Source: Octopus vulgaris
Taxonomy: Eukaryota
Direction of reading: 5' to 3'
DNA: 64,000 nt
Assembly: GCA_951406725.2 (NCBI GenBank)
Contig: OX597822.1
Span: 119,164,001 to 119,228,000 of the forward strand
The first letter of the stretch is position 1, and each line of letters opens with the position of its first letter. The notes beneath the pieces are model-generated. The model did no database searches, had not been told where the DNA came from, and saw nothing but the letters and a program-made list of their open reading frames with translations. Below are positions 27,230-40,598 of the stretch, one piece after another. The position numbers and the translations under genes were made by a program.

Positions 27230-30200
27230 GGACCACCCCAATCACAAAGGAAAACAAATGACAAAGGAACAAAAACTGACACAAACCAAGAAAAACCTTC
27301 AAAACCCCAAGACTGGAACAAACTTCTAAACCAACGTAAACATGCTTATTGGAAAAGCATACGCTGTAAGAACATAGCCAACATATACCAAAACTGGCGG
27401 GACATGAAGAACCCAATACTCCCTAGAAAATTCCTTATCAAAGAAATAAGGGGTGAAACACTAGAAGAAACAACAATACGTGTAAATCTAGCCCTTTGCC
27501 AACTAGAAACAGAAATTTCCCTTCTACAAACACGAAGCTCACACCAGGAAGATAAGATTAAAACAATTGATACCGTCGTAATGGCTGAGATAACAGAAAG
27601 GAACAATAACCAAAACAAAGAAAAACTACAACAATTATGTAAAGAAGATACCAAACGAGAGGAGGAAAGATCCGGAATTATGTGGACCAAACAACAGGAA
27701 TGGTTTTTAAACTACGAAAAGAACTAAGGGAAAAAATCAATTATGAAGACAAAAAACTACCAAAACAAATGAAAAGATACAACAAACCAACATCACGAAC
27801 ATATTGGACTCCCAGACATCCAAATAAGCCCTACCAAACACAAACCAAAATCCCGCTCTTTACACTGCCGAACCCCCCAATAAACAGACACACAAAATAT
27901 GAAAGACGACCATCAACCCAAAACCCCACAAAGACAAACACACAAGTAGCAAGACGAGCACAATACATACAACCAACAACCTATAACACTTGGAGAGAAC
28001 AAATAGAATATGAACAACCACCAACACATAACACTGGACATCCTAAATGGACACACACATGGAACATTAAACAAGTGGATAGAAATCAACACATAACCTA
28101 CAACAAACATCGATGAAATCCAAACCACACAAACACCAACCCCATGCAACCCCACAAATTTACAAGATGGATAAAAAACAACCCCCACTATCAATACAAT
28201 ACAAACACAATACATGAACCATCCACCTACCCACAAAGAAACCTGAACCCCAGTAATAGAAATTGGCTCAACAAACACAGAAGATGGGAAGAAAACAACT
28301 ACCAAAGACAAAACATCACATACATACCATACAGACCACCCCTACTACTACAAGAAAACCTAAGACCTGAAAATGGAATTTGGAGACGCAACAGCACAAC
28401 CTCTTTTTAGGGAAAGGATACTTCAACCATACTCCAGACCCAATACACCTAAAATGCCGGATGAATTCACAAAACACATAGACCCCAAAATAATAAACCT
28501 ATCTAAAAGAGAACTTAACGAAAATGAAATGAACCTACTACTAAAAGGCCTCAAATTTACACCTACACCCACTCCAAACCTCATAGAACTAAAAACTGAT
28601 ATAGACAACTTCAGCCGCCACCTCCGCCTTATGGAATTCTTTGAAAATAAAGAAACAGAAGATAACTCAATCATAAGAAAAAAAAATCCCATTTCACCCC
28701 TTACAAGGGAAGTGCAAAACACCTTGACGCATACATAAAGACAATATCCAAATTCCCTCTCAACACACACAAAAGCAAACAGAATCTCCACAGAGGAGAA
28801 AAACAAGCCTTACAAAAACTAAAAAATGACAAGTCAATCATTATAAAGGAAGCTAACAAAGGTGGAGCAATAGTTATTATGGATACAGATTACTACAAAG
28901 AAAAGATACTGGAGTTGCTGAACAACCAGACATACTATAAAGAGGAACCAACACCACCGGAGAAAGCAACAATAAAAAAAATTAGAACTTTAGTCAATGA
29001 ATACCAGGACTCCTTTACAGATAAGGAGAAAGACTACCTATGCAACTCAAGAACCAAAGCTACCAACTTTTATGGATTGCCTAAAATTCATAAAAGCTCT
29101 GAAATACGGAGAGCCATAAAGGAATAGAGGAACCACTATATAAGAATACAAAGACCTGCGACCCCAGGCACCAAAACAACAACTAAGCCACTTCATAGAT
29201 ATACTCCTCAAACCTTTATGCCCACAGATATCAAGCTACATAAGAGATGACAAAGACTTCCTCACACACATTCCAAGTACAGTTCCGAAAAACACCATAC
29301 TTGCAAGCTTCGATGTCACAAATCTATACACGAACATACCACACACCCTAGGTCTGGAAGCAATAAAACAATCGGTAGAAAAATACAGGGAACTCATAGA
29401 CGAACGTTTCAAGACAGACTTTATCACCCAAGCCACCCAATTAATACTCGAAGAAAATACATTCTCATTCAACAACAAGACATACCGACAGATAAAGGGC
29501 ACGGCTATGGGTACAAAATTCGCACCTTCATATGCCAACCTGGTGATGGGTTTCCTGGAGAACAAACTATACGATGAAATAGGGAAAGTCTTCGAACACG
29601 ACTTCAGAGAAGACATCAAGAAAAGTGTAAACGCTACCTCGATGACTGCTTCATCTTTTGGAACAGATCAGAAGAAGACCTATGAACATTTCACAACATC
29701 CTCAACACACTGCACCCATCTATCAACTTCACAATAGATACTAGCCACAATGATGTCTTCTCTAAAGTCGTGTTTGAAGACTTTCCCTATTTCATTGTAT
29801 AGTTTGTTCTCCAGGAAACCCATCATCAGGTTGGCATATGAAGGTGCGAATTTTGTACCCATAGCCATGCCCTTTATCTGTCGATATGTGTTGTTGTTGA
29901 ATGAGAATGTATTTTCTTCGAGTTTTAATTGGGTGGCTTGGGTGATAAAGTCTGTCTTGAAACGTTCGCCTATGAGTTCCCTTCTTAGACATCAACATCA
30001 AAATACACAACTCCAGCATCACAACAGACATCCACTACAAAAACACCGACACACACCAATATTTAAATTTCCATTCCTGCCACCCATCCCACATAAAAAG
30101 AAACATCCCATATAGTATGGCAAGACGAATATGTAGCATTCCTACTAGAGCAAAAATATCTCCTTAAACTAATAAAAAATGGAATCTCAAAAGCAATGAA

Positions 30201-31000
30201 ACTAGACATCGCACAACTCAGGACACCCAAAACAAAAAACAAAGAAAACATTATCCCTTTCATAAACACGTACAACCCTGGAGTTACCAACATGTTCCAA
30301 ATCATACATTTAAACCCGCCAATAGTCTTACAAAGCCCCAAAATGGAAAACATACTAAACAAATATTGCATAAAAAACAGTAGATGACAAGACAAAAACC
30401 TAAAGAAACAACTAACAAGAGCGAAATTCTCATCAGAAACTAAAACTGAATTCTTTGCAAAAGAGTGCGGAGATGGTAGATGTGGGATCTGCAGCAACCC
30501 CACCTACAAATACATAGAAGGAGACAAAGAAATGAAATTTAAAAGTGGTCACATATTTAAAGTAAATGCAGATATGAACTGCAAGACACAGAACGTAATA
30601 TACTGCATAACCTGCCCCACGTGCAAGGAGGATTACATAGGTGAAACTGGAAACTCTTTGTGCCAACGAGCCAAGATTCACCGATGGGAAGAACTGCGCA
30701 AGATACCACTGAGTAAACACCTAGCTACATGTGGAGAAGGAAAATTTAAGATCTTTCCCTTCTACAAATGTCCAAAGAACGACACCTCTTTCAGGAGGAA
30801 TATGGAAAAATATTTCATAACTAAGTTCTCCCCCAAATTGAATGGCTGAAAATATCTCTATAATAAGCTGTACCAGATGAAGGACCAAATTTGTTAAGTA
30901 AACTGTATTAAACACACACACAGTTCTACACATATGTTTTGGTTTTTGAAAATACATTGAACAAAGGATATTCTAATATTTGAATGAAACCATTTCACTT
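27230..31000 (+). mobile_element. Decayed near-full-length Penelope-like element (Neptune type)
   Basis: IINLSKREL...LLLKGLKFTP, FYGLPKIHK, SFDVTNLYTNI, GTAMGTKFAP, RYLDDCF, PFLDI, a Cys-rich linker (CGDGRCGIC) and the GIY-YIG motif NVIYCITCPTCKEDYIGETG (30532-30849). Many frameshifts. Confidence 0.93.
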
Positions 31001-31297
31001 TAATTTGTGGAACCAGTTGCTCCTGTATGATAAAACTTAATATTTATTTAACTGTCAATCAGTGAGATATTAGACTAAATCAATTGAAGATCAGACAACA
31101 GACTCCGTGGTTGTCAGTTTGTGTTCTGTCATCTGTAACTTCAACACAAGAAAGTCTCTTTTTCAAGTATGGATTCTGTCATTTGTAACTTCAACACAAG
31201 AGAGTCTCTTTTTCAAGTATGGACTATATGAAATTTTACTAATCATACATTGAAGGACAAATCTTTCAGTTTACAATTTAACATAGTCGAGCATTTA

Positions 31298-31347
<50 letters not shown>

Positions 31348-31455
31348 GAAAAGAGTGAAAAAACTACAGAAGGCTTGTTTTAAAAGGTTAAAGAATATAT
31401 TTAAGTCGTTATGTTAGAAAAATGTTACAAAATTTTGTGTAGAGTAACATAGTTT

Positions 31456-31500
31456 TTTGAGAAATAACCGGTTTCATGTAAACTTTTCAAATTTCTCAAA
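31456..31500 (-). ncRNA. Minimal hammerhead ribozyme, U3:A8 variant (inverted terminal copy)
   Basis: Minus strand reads UUUGAGAAAU-UUGAAAA-GU(UUAC)AU-GAA-ACCGGU-U-AUUUCUCAAA, with a perfect 10-bp stem I. Confidence 0.8.
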
Positions 31501-33059
31501 TGTCTTTACCTACATCGTGTCATGTCTTGGTTATGAAGTGCAAAAGAAGAGTTCCAGGTAGGGAACTAGAGGCAATACAGTTCTGGCTGGACCAATTTCC
31601 GGAAGAAATACCAAAAAGGATCAGTAAAAAATTCATTACTAAATCGGTTGAGTTCATCCTACAAAATAACCACTTCATGTTTGACAATACGTTTTACTGT
31701 CAAAAATCCGGAATTGCTATGGGTACAAGGGCAGCACCAGTCATTGCGAACCTAACAATGGGCTACCTGGAAATAATTATATACCAGGAATCTTTATCGA
31801 CCTTTGGAAACCCCCTTTCTCAATACCTAAAAGAGAATTGGAAAAGATTCCTGGACGACTGTTTTATACTCTGGAATGAAAACACAGATAAACTCCAAAA
31901 ATTCAAAAACCTATTGAACAGCATCAACCCAAATATACAGTTCACAATGGACTACAACCAAAAGGAGCTTCCATTCTTAGATATACTGATTTAAAAAATT
32001 AACCTAAAAACAGAAACAGGCATATTTTACAAAGCCACAGACGCCAAACAATAACAATACCCAAGACACACTAAAACAAACATCCCTTTCAACCTTGCAA
32101 GAAGGATATGCACAATAGTGTCAGAACAAAATACCAGGAACTTTAGACTACAAGAACTCAAAAACACCCTAATTGACAGACACTACCCAGTTCAACTCAT
32201 AGAGGATGGGATCAGACGTGCAACAGAAATCGACATAGAAACTTTGAGAAAAGTTCAACACAACAACACACCTTCCCCGAAAATACTGCCTTACATATCC
32301 ACATACAACCCCAGAAACAAAGAAGCCTTCACCATCATCACCCAGAATTTACCAATACTTCATAAGGACCCCAAATTAAAGGAAATTCTAAACATACATA
32401 AAATCATTAAAAGCTACAAACAACCTAAATCACTTAAAAAGATTCTCACAAAGGCAAAATTGTTTTCTGAAATTACGGATGCAAAAGTAAAAAAATGTGG
32501 TAGACCAAACTGCGCAACATGCCCAAACCTTCTAGAAGGATCAGAATTCCTTTTCAAAGAGGGACAAAAATTCAAGATCAGATCTAATTTTACTTGTGCT
32601 TCTGAAAACATAATTTATGTCATAAAATGCTCGGGCTGCCAACAAAACTACATAGGGTCCATGGGATTATCACTCAGACACAGATGCACTCTGCATCGAC
32701 AACAGATTGCATTCCCGCGCAAAGCAACTACTACCACAATTTTTAATCTTTTCATTCTATCAATGTGCTATTGGAACACCAACACAAATTAGATTAAACT
32801 TTTCATTCTATCAATGTGCTATTGGAACACCAACACAAATTAGATTAAACAAGAAAACATTCTTCATTGAAAAATATAAGCCTGAACTTAACCATCCTAA
32901 CATTCTTATACAGAGAAACTCATCTCATTAAAAAAGGGGAAAAAGAAATATAAAGCGATTATCTCCCTTATACCGGAAGAAATCCGTTATTACCTCCTCC
33001 TGCCTGGAACTCTTCTTTGCACTTCATAACGAAGACATGACACGATGTAGGTAAAGACA

Positions 33060-33104
33060 TTTGAGAAATTTGAAAAGTTTACACGAAACCGGTTATTTCT
33101 CCAA
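33060..33104 (+). ncRNA. Minimal hammerhead ribozyme, U3:A8 variant, in the PLE 3' terminal repeat
   Basis: UUUGAGAAAU-UUGAAAA-GU(UUAC)AC-GAA-ACCGGU-U-AUUUCUCCAA. Palindromic stem III, about 130 nt downstream of the GIY-YIG region. Confidence 0.8.
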
Positions 33105-33261
33105 AAACTATGTTACTATACACAAAATTTTATAACATTTTTCTAACATAACGACTTAAATATATTCTTTAACCTTATAAAACAAGCCTTCTGTAGTTTT
33201 TTCACTCTTTTCTATTTTTTATACATCCAACAACGTGCTTTCACACACCAACTTTCTCACC

Positions 33262-33293
<32 letters not shown>

Positions 33294-33762
33294 TAAATAT
33301 CAACACAATTATTTCCCCTTCCTTTTTTTTTCTTCTTCTTTCTTCCCTTCACCAAACTCACATACACACACACGCGCACACATACACATACACACCTTCA
33401 CTAAACAATAATAAAAAGAATTCTTCTTCTCTAAACCCAAAAACCATTTGACCATCCCTCATTAAACACACACACTCTCACNNNNNNNNNNNNNNNNNNN
33501 NNNNNNNNNNNNNNNNNNNNNNNNNNNNNNNNNNNNNNNNNNNNNNNNNNNNNNNNNNNNNNNNNNNNNNNNNNNNNNNNNTATATATATTTCCGGTTTT
33601 CTTGGGAAACGGCGGTGTTTTCCTTCTCTCTCTTCAAAGAATCCAAAATCCAAACGAATCCTCTGCGTTCTGCTAGTGAAACTTTACGATAAGTATATTT
33701 TTATTAACGTAACATATTAAGACAACTTTTTTGATATATTTGACATCTTTTCATGAAAATTG

Positions 33763-34141
33763 ATAACATTTTTCCTCGTTTGAAAACGCACGCGTGTTTA
33801 TTTTCGATTTCAGTACGTTTTGATTCAGAGCGGCTTATCTATTTATTTACTCTATTTGTACGTCGAGTGTATTGTTTACTATTGCTTTGCTTATTGTATT
33901 GCTGTATATATGTCGTGTGTTTATTTGTGTTTTTGTGCTATTGGTCTTTTGGTATAACATTTTTCCTCATATGAAAACGCACGCGTGTTTGTTTTCGTTT
34001 TCGATTTCAGTACGTTTTGATTCAGAGCGGCTTATCTGTTTATCTACTCTATTTGTGCGTCGAGTGTATTGTTTACTATTGCTTTGCTTATTGTATTGCT
34101 GTATATATGTCGTGTGTTTATTTGTGTTTTTGTGCTATTGG
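33763..34141. repeat. Tandem duplication, ~190-bp period
   Basis: ATAACATTTTTCCTC.T.TGAAAACGCACGCGTG...GTGCTATTGGT occurs twice (from ~33763 and ~33954). Confidence 0.85.
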
Positions 34142-34964
34142 TTTTCCTAATTAATTAATTTAGATATCTGTGTATGTAAGTGCTTTCGTACAGGTTTCGA
34201 TCTAATTGATTAATTATTCTGTTGATATATGTGTGTATGCGTGTATATATATGTATATATATATATATATGTATATATATGTATCGCGTGTATTGGAGAA
34301 ATTGATCTTGCGAGATATACCTTTAAAACTGTTTTCTTATCTTTCGCTATCGTGCGCGTGTGTTATATATTTAGAACGGTAAATTCCGTGACAACAAGTG
34401 TCGATGTCTACAGGTTGTACATATCTGTGATGAATGGATATTTTTACTTTTATCTATATCTATATATGTAAGTATGTGTGTATATGTAACATATTGTAGC
34501 TATTCCTTCTCTTGCATTCTCACACTCTCTCCCTCTCTCAAAATCTCTTTCTCTCTCTTTCTTTCACAGCCTCTCTGCCCCTCTATCTCTCCCTCGTAAT
34601 CTTTTTTCTCGCTTTCCTGCACTACCTCTTTCTCCCCCTCTCTCGCTCTTTCCATCACACTATCTCTCCCCCTCTCTCTCCTCACTCTCCCTTTCTCCTT
34701 CCTTTTCACTATCCCTTTCTCTTTCCCTCACGAACTCACTCCCTCCCTCCCAATCTCTCTCTTTTTCTTTCCTTCAGACCCCCTTTCTCTATCTCTCTCG
34801 CCCTCTCTCGCTTTCCTTCCCTGCCTCTCTCTCACCCTCTCTCTCTTTCCCCAAAACAGTCTTCTTTTCCTCTCTCTCACCCTCCCTTCCTCACAATCTC
34901 TTCATCTCTCCTCCCTTCTCCCTTTTTCCCTCACAGCTTCTCTCTCTCTCCCCGCTACAACGGA

Positions 34965-35918
34965 ATGGACAACATGCAAAAATTAGAGGTAAATGCAAAC
35001 ACTGGCGTCAACAAAAGCCAGCGTAACTGGACGAAAGTAGAGCTGGAAGTTTTCATCAGAGGATGGACCTCGGCCGACAGATCGCAACCAACTAAAAACA
35101 TAGTGGCGACCCTGAAAAGCCATGGCTTTATGAGGACGTTGGCGCAGGTAGAGAGGAAGAAAAGAGAAGTTGAAAGGGCCTACACTCTCATTGCACCACA
35201 CATGGCTTTGCTAAGCCAAGTCCTCAAGGTGGATAAAGACAAAGAGAGAGAGATGGAAACAGGAAACACCAACCACAGAGTGTCAAAAAATGACACACCC
35301 ACAGCCACAGTCGAAGAAGGCAAGCAGGGCAAACAACAGATAGGCGGCGATGGGGAAACAGAAAATAACCAGCCGGATGAAAAGACCTATGCAGAAAGGA
35401 ACCAGTGGACAACCGTCCAACGGAGGAAGAAAAAACAGAGAGGAACTGGGGACAAGAAAACCCAGATAACATGCAAATTCTTCCGGAATGGAACCTGCTG
35501 GCATGGAGAAACAGGGGAAGGATGCAGGTTCGCTCATCCCAGGCCCTATGGAAATTGCATCAAACCCACTCGACCAAAATGCCTTAACCAAAACCAAGAC
35601 CGAAACCAAAACCAGAACAAATTCAAGCTGCCCCAGAAATATGCAGACATAGTGCGGAATGCCCCAACAAGGAGAAGGCGCACATTTGCAGAGGAAATGC
35701 AGACGGCGGCAGCAGAACAAAGAAATTTTGTGGAAATAGCAGAGAAAATTGTGGGACAACTGGCCTGGATACATCGTCTTCAGAGCCAGGGGCACTCACA
35801 ACAGCACTCAAGACCACCACAATCAAGGGACCCAGGGTGGCCACCGCTGACACCAGCCCAGGTGCCACACCGACAGCCTTTATTGACACCCCAAATATCT
35901 CACCAGTGCTTCTGCTGA
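34965..35918 (+). CDS. ORF1 (317 aa) of a young CR1-group LINE: Myb/SANT-like N-terminus plus CCCH zinc finger
   Basis: ATG at 34965. RNWTKVELEVFIRGW...IVATLKSHGFMRTLAQVERKKREVERAY resembles a trihelix Myb/SANT domain. CKFFRNGTCWHGETGEGCRFAH is C-x7-C-x8-C-x3-H. Confidence 0.8.
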   Translation: MDNMQKLEVNANTGVNKSQRNWTKVELEVFIRGWTSADRSQPTKNIVATLKSHGFMRTLAQVERKKREVERAYTLIAPHMALLSQVLKVDKDKEREMETGNTNHRVSKNDTPTATVEEGKQGKQQIGGDGETENNQPDEKTYAERNQWTTVQRRKKKQRGTGDKKTQITCKFFRNGTCWHGETGEGCRFAHPRPYGNCIKPTRPKCLNQNQDRNQNQNKFKLPQKYADIVRNAPTRRRRTFAEEMQTAAAEQRNFVEIAEKIVGQLAWIHRLQSQGHSQQHSRPPQSRDPGWPPLTPAQVPHRQPLLTPQISHQCFC

Positions 35919-38360
35919 ATGTCAGAGGTCTGGTGAAACCCACTAATATGAGTAAAATTCCTTACCTTAGGGACTTAAGCACAAGCAACCATGCAATATG
36001 CATAGCGCTGACTGAAACGCACCTGTCAAGCAGTATAGCAGATGCAGAAATACACGTACCAAAGTATACTGTTTTTCGGTCAGACAGGAAGGAAAGAACT
36101 CATGGTGGGGTTGCCCTGTACGTCCGTGAAGATGTCACACCCATAGTACTGTTGACACACTCAAACTCAGTCTGTGACACACTGATAGTACACATGAAAC
36201 AACCGAAAATAGTAATATGTGTCACATATCGGCCACCAGACACCCCTAGTCATGAAGGAGTGTTTGAAGATAGCCTCAGAAGAATAGAAGAAGTCCTGGA
36301 CAAACTGGACCAGGGTAACACCATTCTACTGCTGGGAGATTTTAACCTTCCGAAAGTCAAATGGCCAGATGGCCATCTCCTCCCTGGAATGACATCACTT
36401 GAACAGAGACAGACAGAGTCCTTGTTGGCTCTCACACGCAAGTTTTTCATGGAACAAGCAGTGCTTCGGCCAACAAGAGGTGAGAATGTCTTGGACCTCT
36501 GTTTCACAAGCAACCCGATGCTCATCCACAACATAATGGTAACACCTACAATTCTCTCAGATCACAACTTAGTAGAGGTAATGATATATGGTATGAGAGA
36601 GTTAGTTGAGACGCAGCCATTAGAAAATACCACAGGCCTATCCAGTCTAAACTTCCATAAGGCAAACTGGAAGAAGATCAACGAAGAGATCCGAAAACAT
36701 GACTGGAGTGACTTCATCACCACACAAGAGACCAACACACATTTCCAACATTTCATGACAACAATACAGAACATATGCCATAAGTTTGTCCCGGAGAAAA
36801 AAGCCAGCGGGCATAGGAACGTTATTCCCAGAGACAGGAAAATACTTATGAGGCGAAGAGCTAAGCTCTCGAAGCAACTGAATGCACGGCAGAGAAACAA
36901 TAAGGGACTCCACCTGAAACTTTTTGAAACGGAAACTGCACTCAAACTTTCCTATGAGAAGGAGAGGGCAGAGAGAGAAGCCAGGGCCATAGAGAATATT
37001 AAAACAAACCCTAAAGCTTTCTTTAAATTTGCGAAAGAAACCACCTCGGTACACTGCAAGATTGGCCCACTCTTTGATAAAAAGGGCTCTCTAACTGAGG
37101 ACCCCCAAGGGATAAGTGAAATACTAAAGGAACAGTATAAAAGTGTGTTCACATCCCCTCTGGGGCACATGCAAATCACAAACCCAGAAGTTTTCTTTGA
37201 TGCCACAACACTCCAAAACCAAACAACAACCATCGACCACATAGACATAACAGAGAGGGATGTAATATCTGCCATAGAAGAAATGAGAATAAACTCAGCT
37301 GCTGGACCAGATGGATTCCCAGCAGTCCTCCTAAAAACATGCAGGCATGCCCTAGCGGGACCACTGAAGATGCTCTTCAGTGGTTCCTTGGCTAACGGTA
37401 AACTGCCCAGGGCGCTAAAAGAAGGCACCATATGCCCTATCCACAAAGGAGGGAGTAGAGCAGAGGCCAAAAACTACAGGCCAGTCTCCCTGACGTCACA
37501 CATAAGTAAGGTCATGGAACGAATCATCAGAAAAAAACTGATCACGTTCCTCGAAGAAACTAACCGTCTCACTGACACACAGCATGGCTTTCGCCCAGGA
37601 AGAAGCTGCCTTACGCAGCTGTTACAACACTACGACTGGGTACTGAAACAACTACTGGATCGCTCACAGGTGGATGTGGTATATCTCGACTTTGCGAAGG
37701 CCTTTGACAAAGTCGACCACGGAGTGATATGTCACAAATTACTCAGACTCGGCATAACAGGAAAAGTAGGTGAGTGGATACATGACTTCCTGAAGGACAG
37801 AAGCCAGATGGTTGCAGCCAATGGAGCCCTCTCGGGAAAGACACCAATAGCAAGCGGGGTGCCACAGGGCACAGTCTTGGGACCCTTGCTGTTTTTGGTG
37901 GCGCTCTCTGACATGCCCTTGGTAGCACAAACAACATCCCTCACTAGCTATGCTGATGACACAAAGGTAGCACAGGCAATCAAAAACCCAGCTGATGCTG
38001 ACCTTTTACAACAAGATCTGGATGCCATATACAAATGGGCTGAAGACAACAACATGCAATTTAATGCTGGTAAATTTCAAGCCTTACAATATCAAGCTGT
38101 AAACACATATACATTACAACACAACTATACTGGTCCAGGAGGGATCGAAATCCCAGTATCGAAATCAATACGGGACCTGGGGATAGACATGAGTGACGAT
38201 GCATCTTTTTCTTCACACATCGCGAAGGTGGCGACAATGTGCAGACGACTCACTGGCTGGATCCTGAGGACATTCCGGACAAGAGACTGCGAGACCATGT
38301 TGACACTATGGAGGACATTTGTCCTAAGCCGCCTAGACTACTGCTCCCAACTGTGGTCAC
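35837..38360 (+). CDS. ORF2 (APE endonuclease + reverse transcriptase) of a young CR1-group LINE, open up to the gap
   Basis: LLNVRGL, LTETHL, GDFNLP, SDH, NYRPVSLTS, QHGFRPGRSC, YLDFAKAFDKVDH, SGVPQGTVLGP and YADDTK, with no stops. Confidence 0.95.
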
Positions 38361-38579
38361 NNNNNNNNNNNNNNNNNNNNNNNNNNNNNNNNNNNNNNNN
38401 NNNNNNNNNNNNNNNNNNNNNNNNNNNNNNNNNNNNNNNNNNNNNNNNNNNNNNNNNNNNTATTAGACTGAAAGCCAAAATAAAACGTGTAAAAACAATA
38501 ACGAGATTTATATTAACCTTACGTTAACAAATATATTTAAATAGAATTATCTCAAGCATTTAATAATGCTTCTAGTTTT

Positions 38580-39040
<461 letters not shown>

Positions 39041-40228
39041 ATCTTTACTTTATATGTATATGTAAAGTTTCACATAGTTCTCTTGTACATGCACACACGT
39101 ACACACATATACTTACACATTTTCAGCGTTGAACATTACCATCTCATTTCCATTATACACCCACGCGCGCGCGCGCAAACATACCTAAATATAAACATTT
39201 TGTGGCCATAAACTGAGGGGTCACTCGTAAACAGAGCTGGATAACAAAACCATTCCCTCATTTAGTGTCCACCCATAACTATGACCCTAGTATCGATCTC
39301 GAAATAGACACCGCCGGAAGTTGTTGTTGAACTTGCTGGCAAGCAACAGCAGTAATTATATTCACCTCAATAGACGTCATTGATTGGTTGAAATTGCCGA
39401 AATACAAGAAATTAAACAAGAAATAACTCACAAACTACATAATTTTCTCAAGAACGCCAAGAGAAAAAGATGTTTTATGTAACACATTCGCTGCACTTTA
39501 GTTTAAAAGTGTTTAGTTACAAAAGAAATTATTTTTAAAATCTGCCGGTCAAAGTGAAAAGATCCTCAATAAATTTCTATAGACATTAGGATTTAAGTTC
39601 CAATTCAAGAAAAGTTTCCGTTCTACAATATTCTTCAAGGAACGGAACGTTATCTAGCAACTCGGGCTAATTACGAACGAACCGGGTGGGTTTAAAAGGA
39701 CTCACTGACATCACTTGCCAAGAGTACAGCCGACAGTCAAATCGGTGACGTTTGTTGTGCATTCTACGTTTATTATTTGGTTGCTGTTATATAATAGTAA
39801 GTCAAGGTTAAAACGATCGAGTCTAGTAAGGTGTAAAGGACTAACTGACATCTCCTGTGAAGAGTACAGGCGACAGTCAGATCGGTGATGCTTGATGTGT
39901 ACTCGGTTTTCATTATTTTTTGTTATTCTGTGCGTCTGTGTGCGAAGATCAGTTGTATCTTACATGGTTGCCTCATTTTTACTCTTGACTTAGAAATAGA
40001 GAAAGACATAAGTTGCTAGATATAAAAAAAAAATAAGCCATTTGGGGCTAAAAATATTGCTAAGAAACGTGAGGCATTCTTTCGTTAGAAGCAGCAAACT
40101 AGCTTACTGATAAATTATCCGTACATATGTGAGTTTGCGGTGTGCATTACGTTTCTTACCTTCTTTTATACATGGGTCTTACGCGATATCTGTTATGAAC
40201 ACGAGTGACGCTGATGACCTGGAGTCTC

Positions 40229-40597
<369 letters not shown>

Positions 40598-40598
<1 letters not shown>

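Larger units (their letters stand above)
31342..33261 (+). mobile_element. 5'-truncated Neptune-type Penelope-like element with an inverted terminal repeat, inserted in (TA)n
   Basis: 31342-31558 is an inverted copy of 33003-33218. RT motifs GIAMGTRAAP, WKRFLDDCF and LPFLDI. Linker CGRPNCATC. GIY-YIG motif NIIYVIKCSGCQQNYIG. (TA)n on both sides. Confidence 0.95.

Noticed and set aside
34512-34964. N-terminal extension of LINE ORF1, and a possible splice acceptor at CCCTCACAG
   Set aside because: This is a CT-rich low-complexity tract without an ATG. The second copy retains the acceptor-like sequence, so there is no evidence of splicing.
36250-37944. Antisense ORFs over LINE ORF2 (mirrored at 41131-42825)
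   Set aside because: They are shadows of the sense-strand codon bias and repeat only because the two LINE copies are near-identical.
39695-39905. Two diverged ~70-bp direct repeats about 140 bp apart (AAAGGACT.ACTGACATC...)
   Set aside because: Real but degenerate, with no structure or family that could be assigned.
40211-40217. Isolated CTGATGA (also 63655-63661)
   Set aside because: No downstream stem II-GAAA-stem III-UH arrangement.
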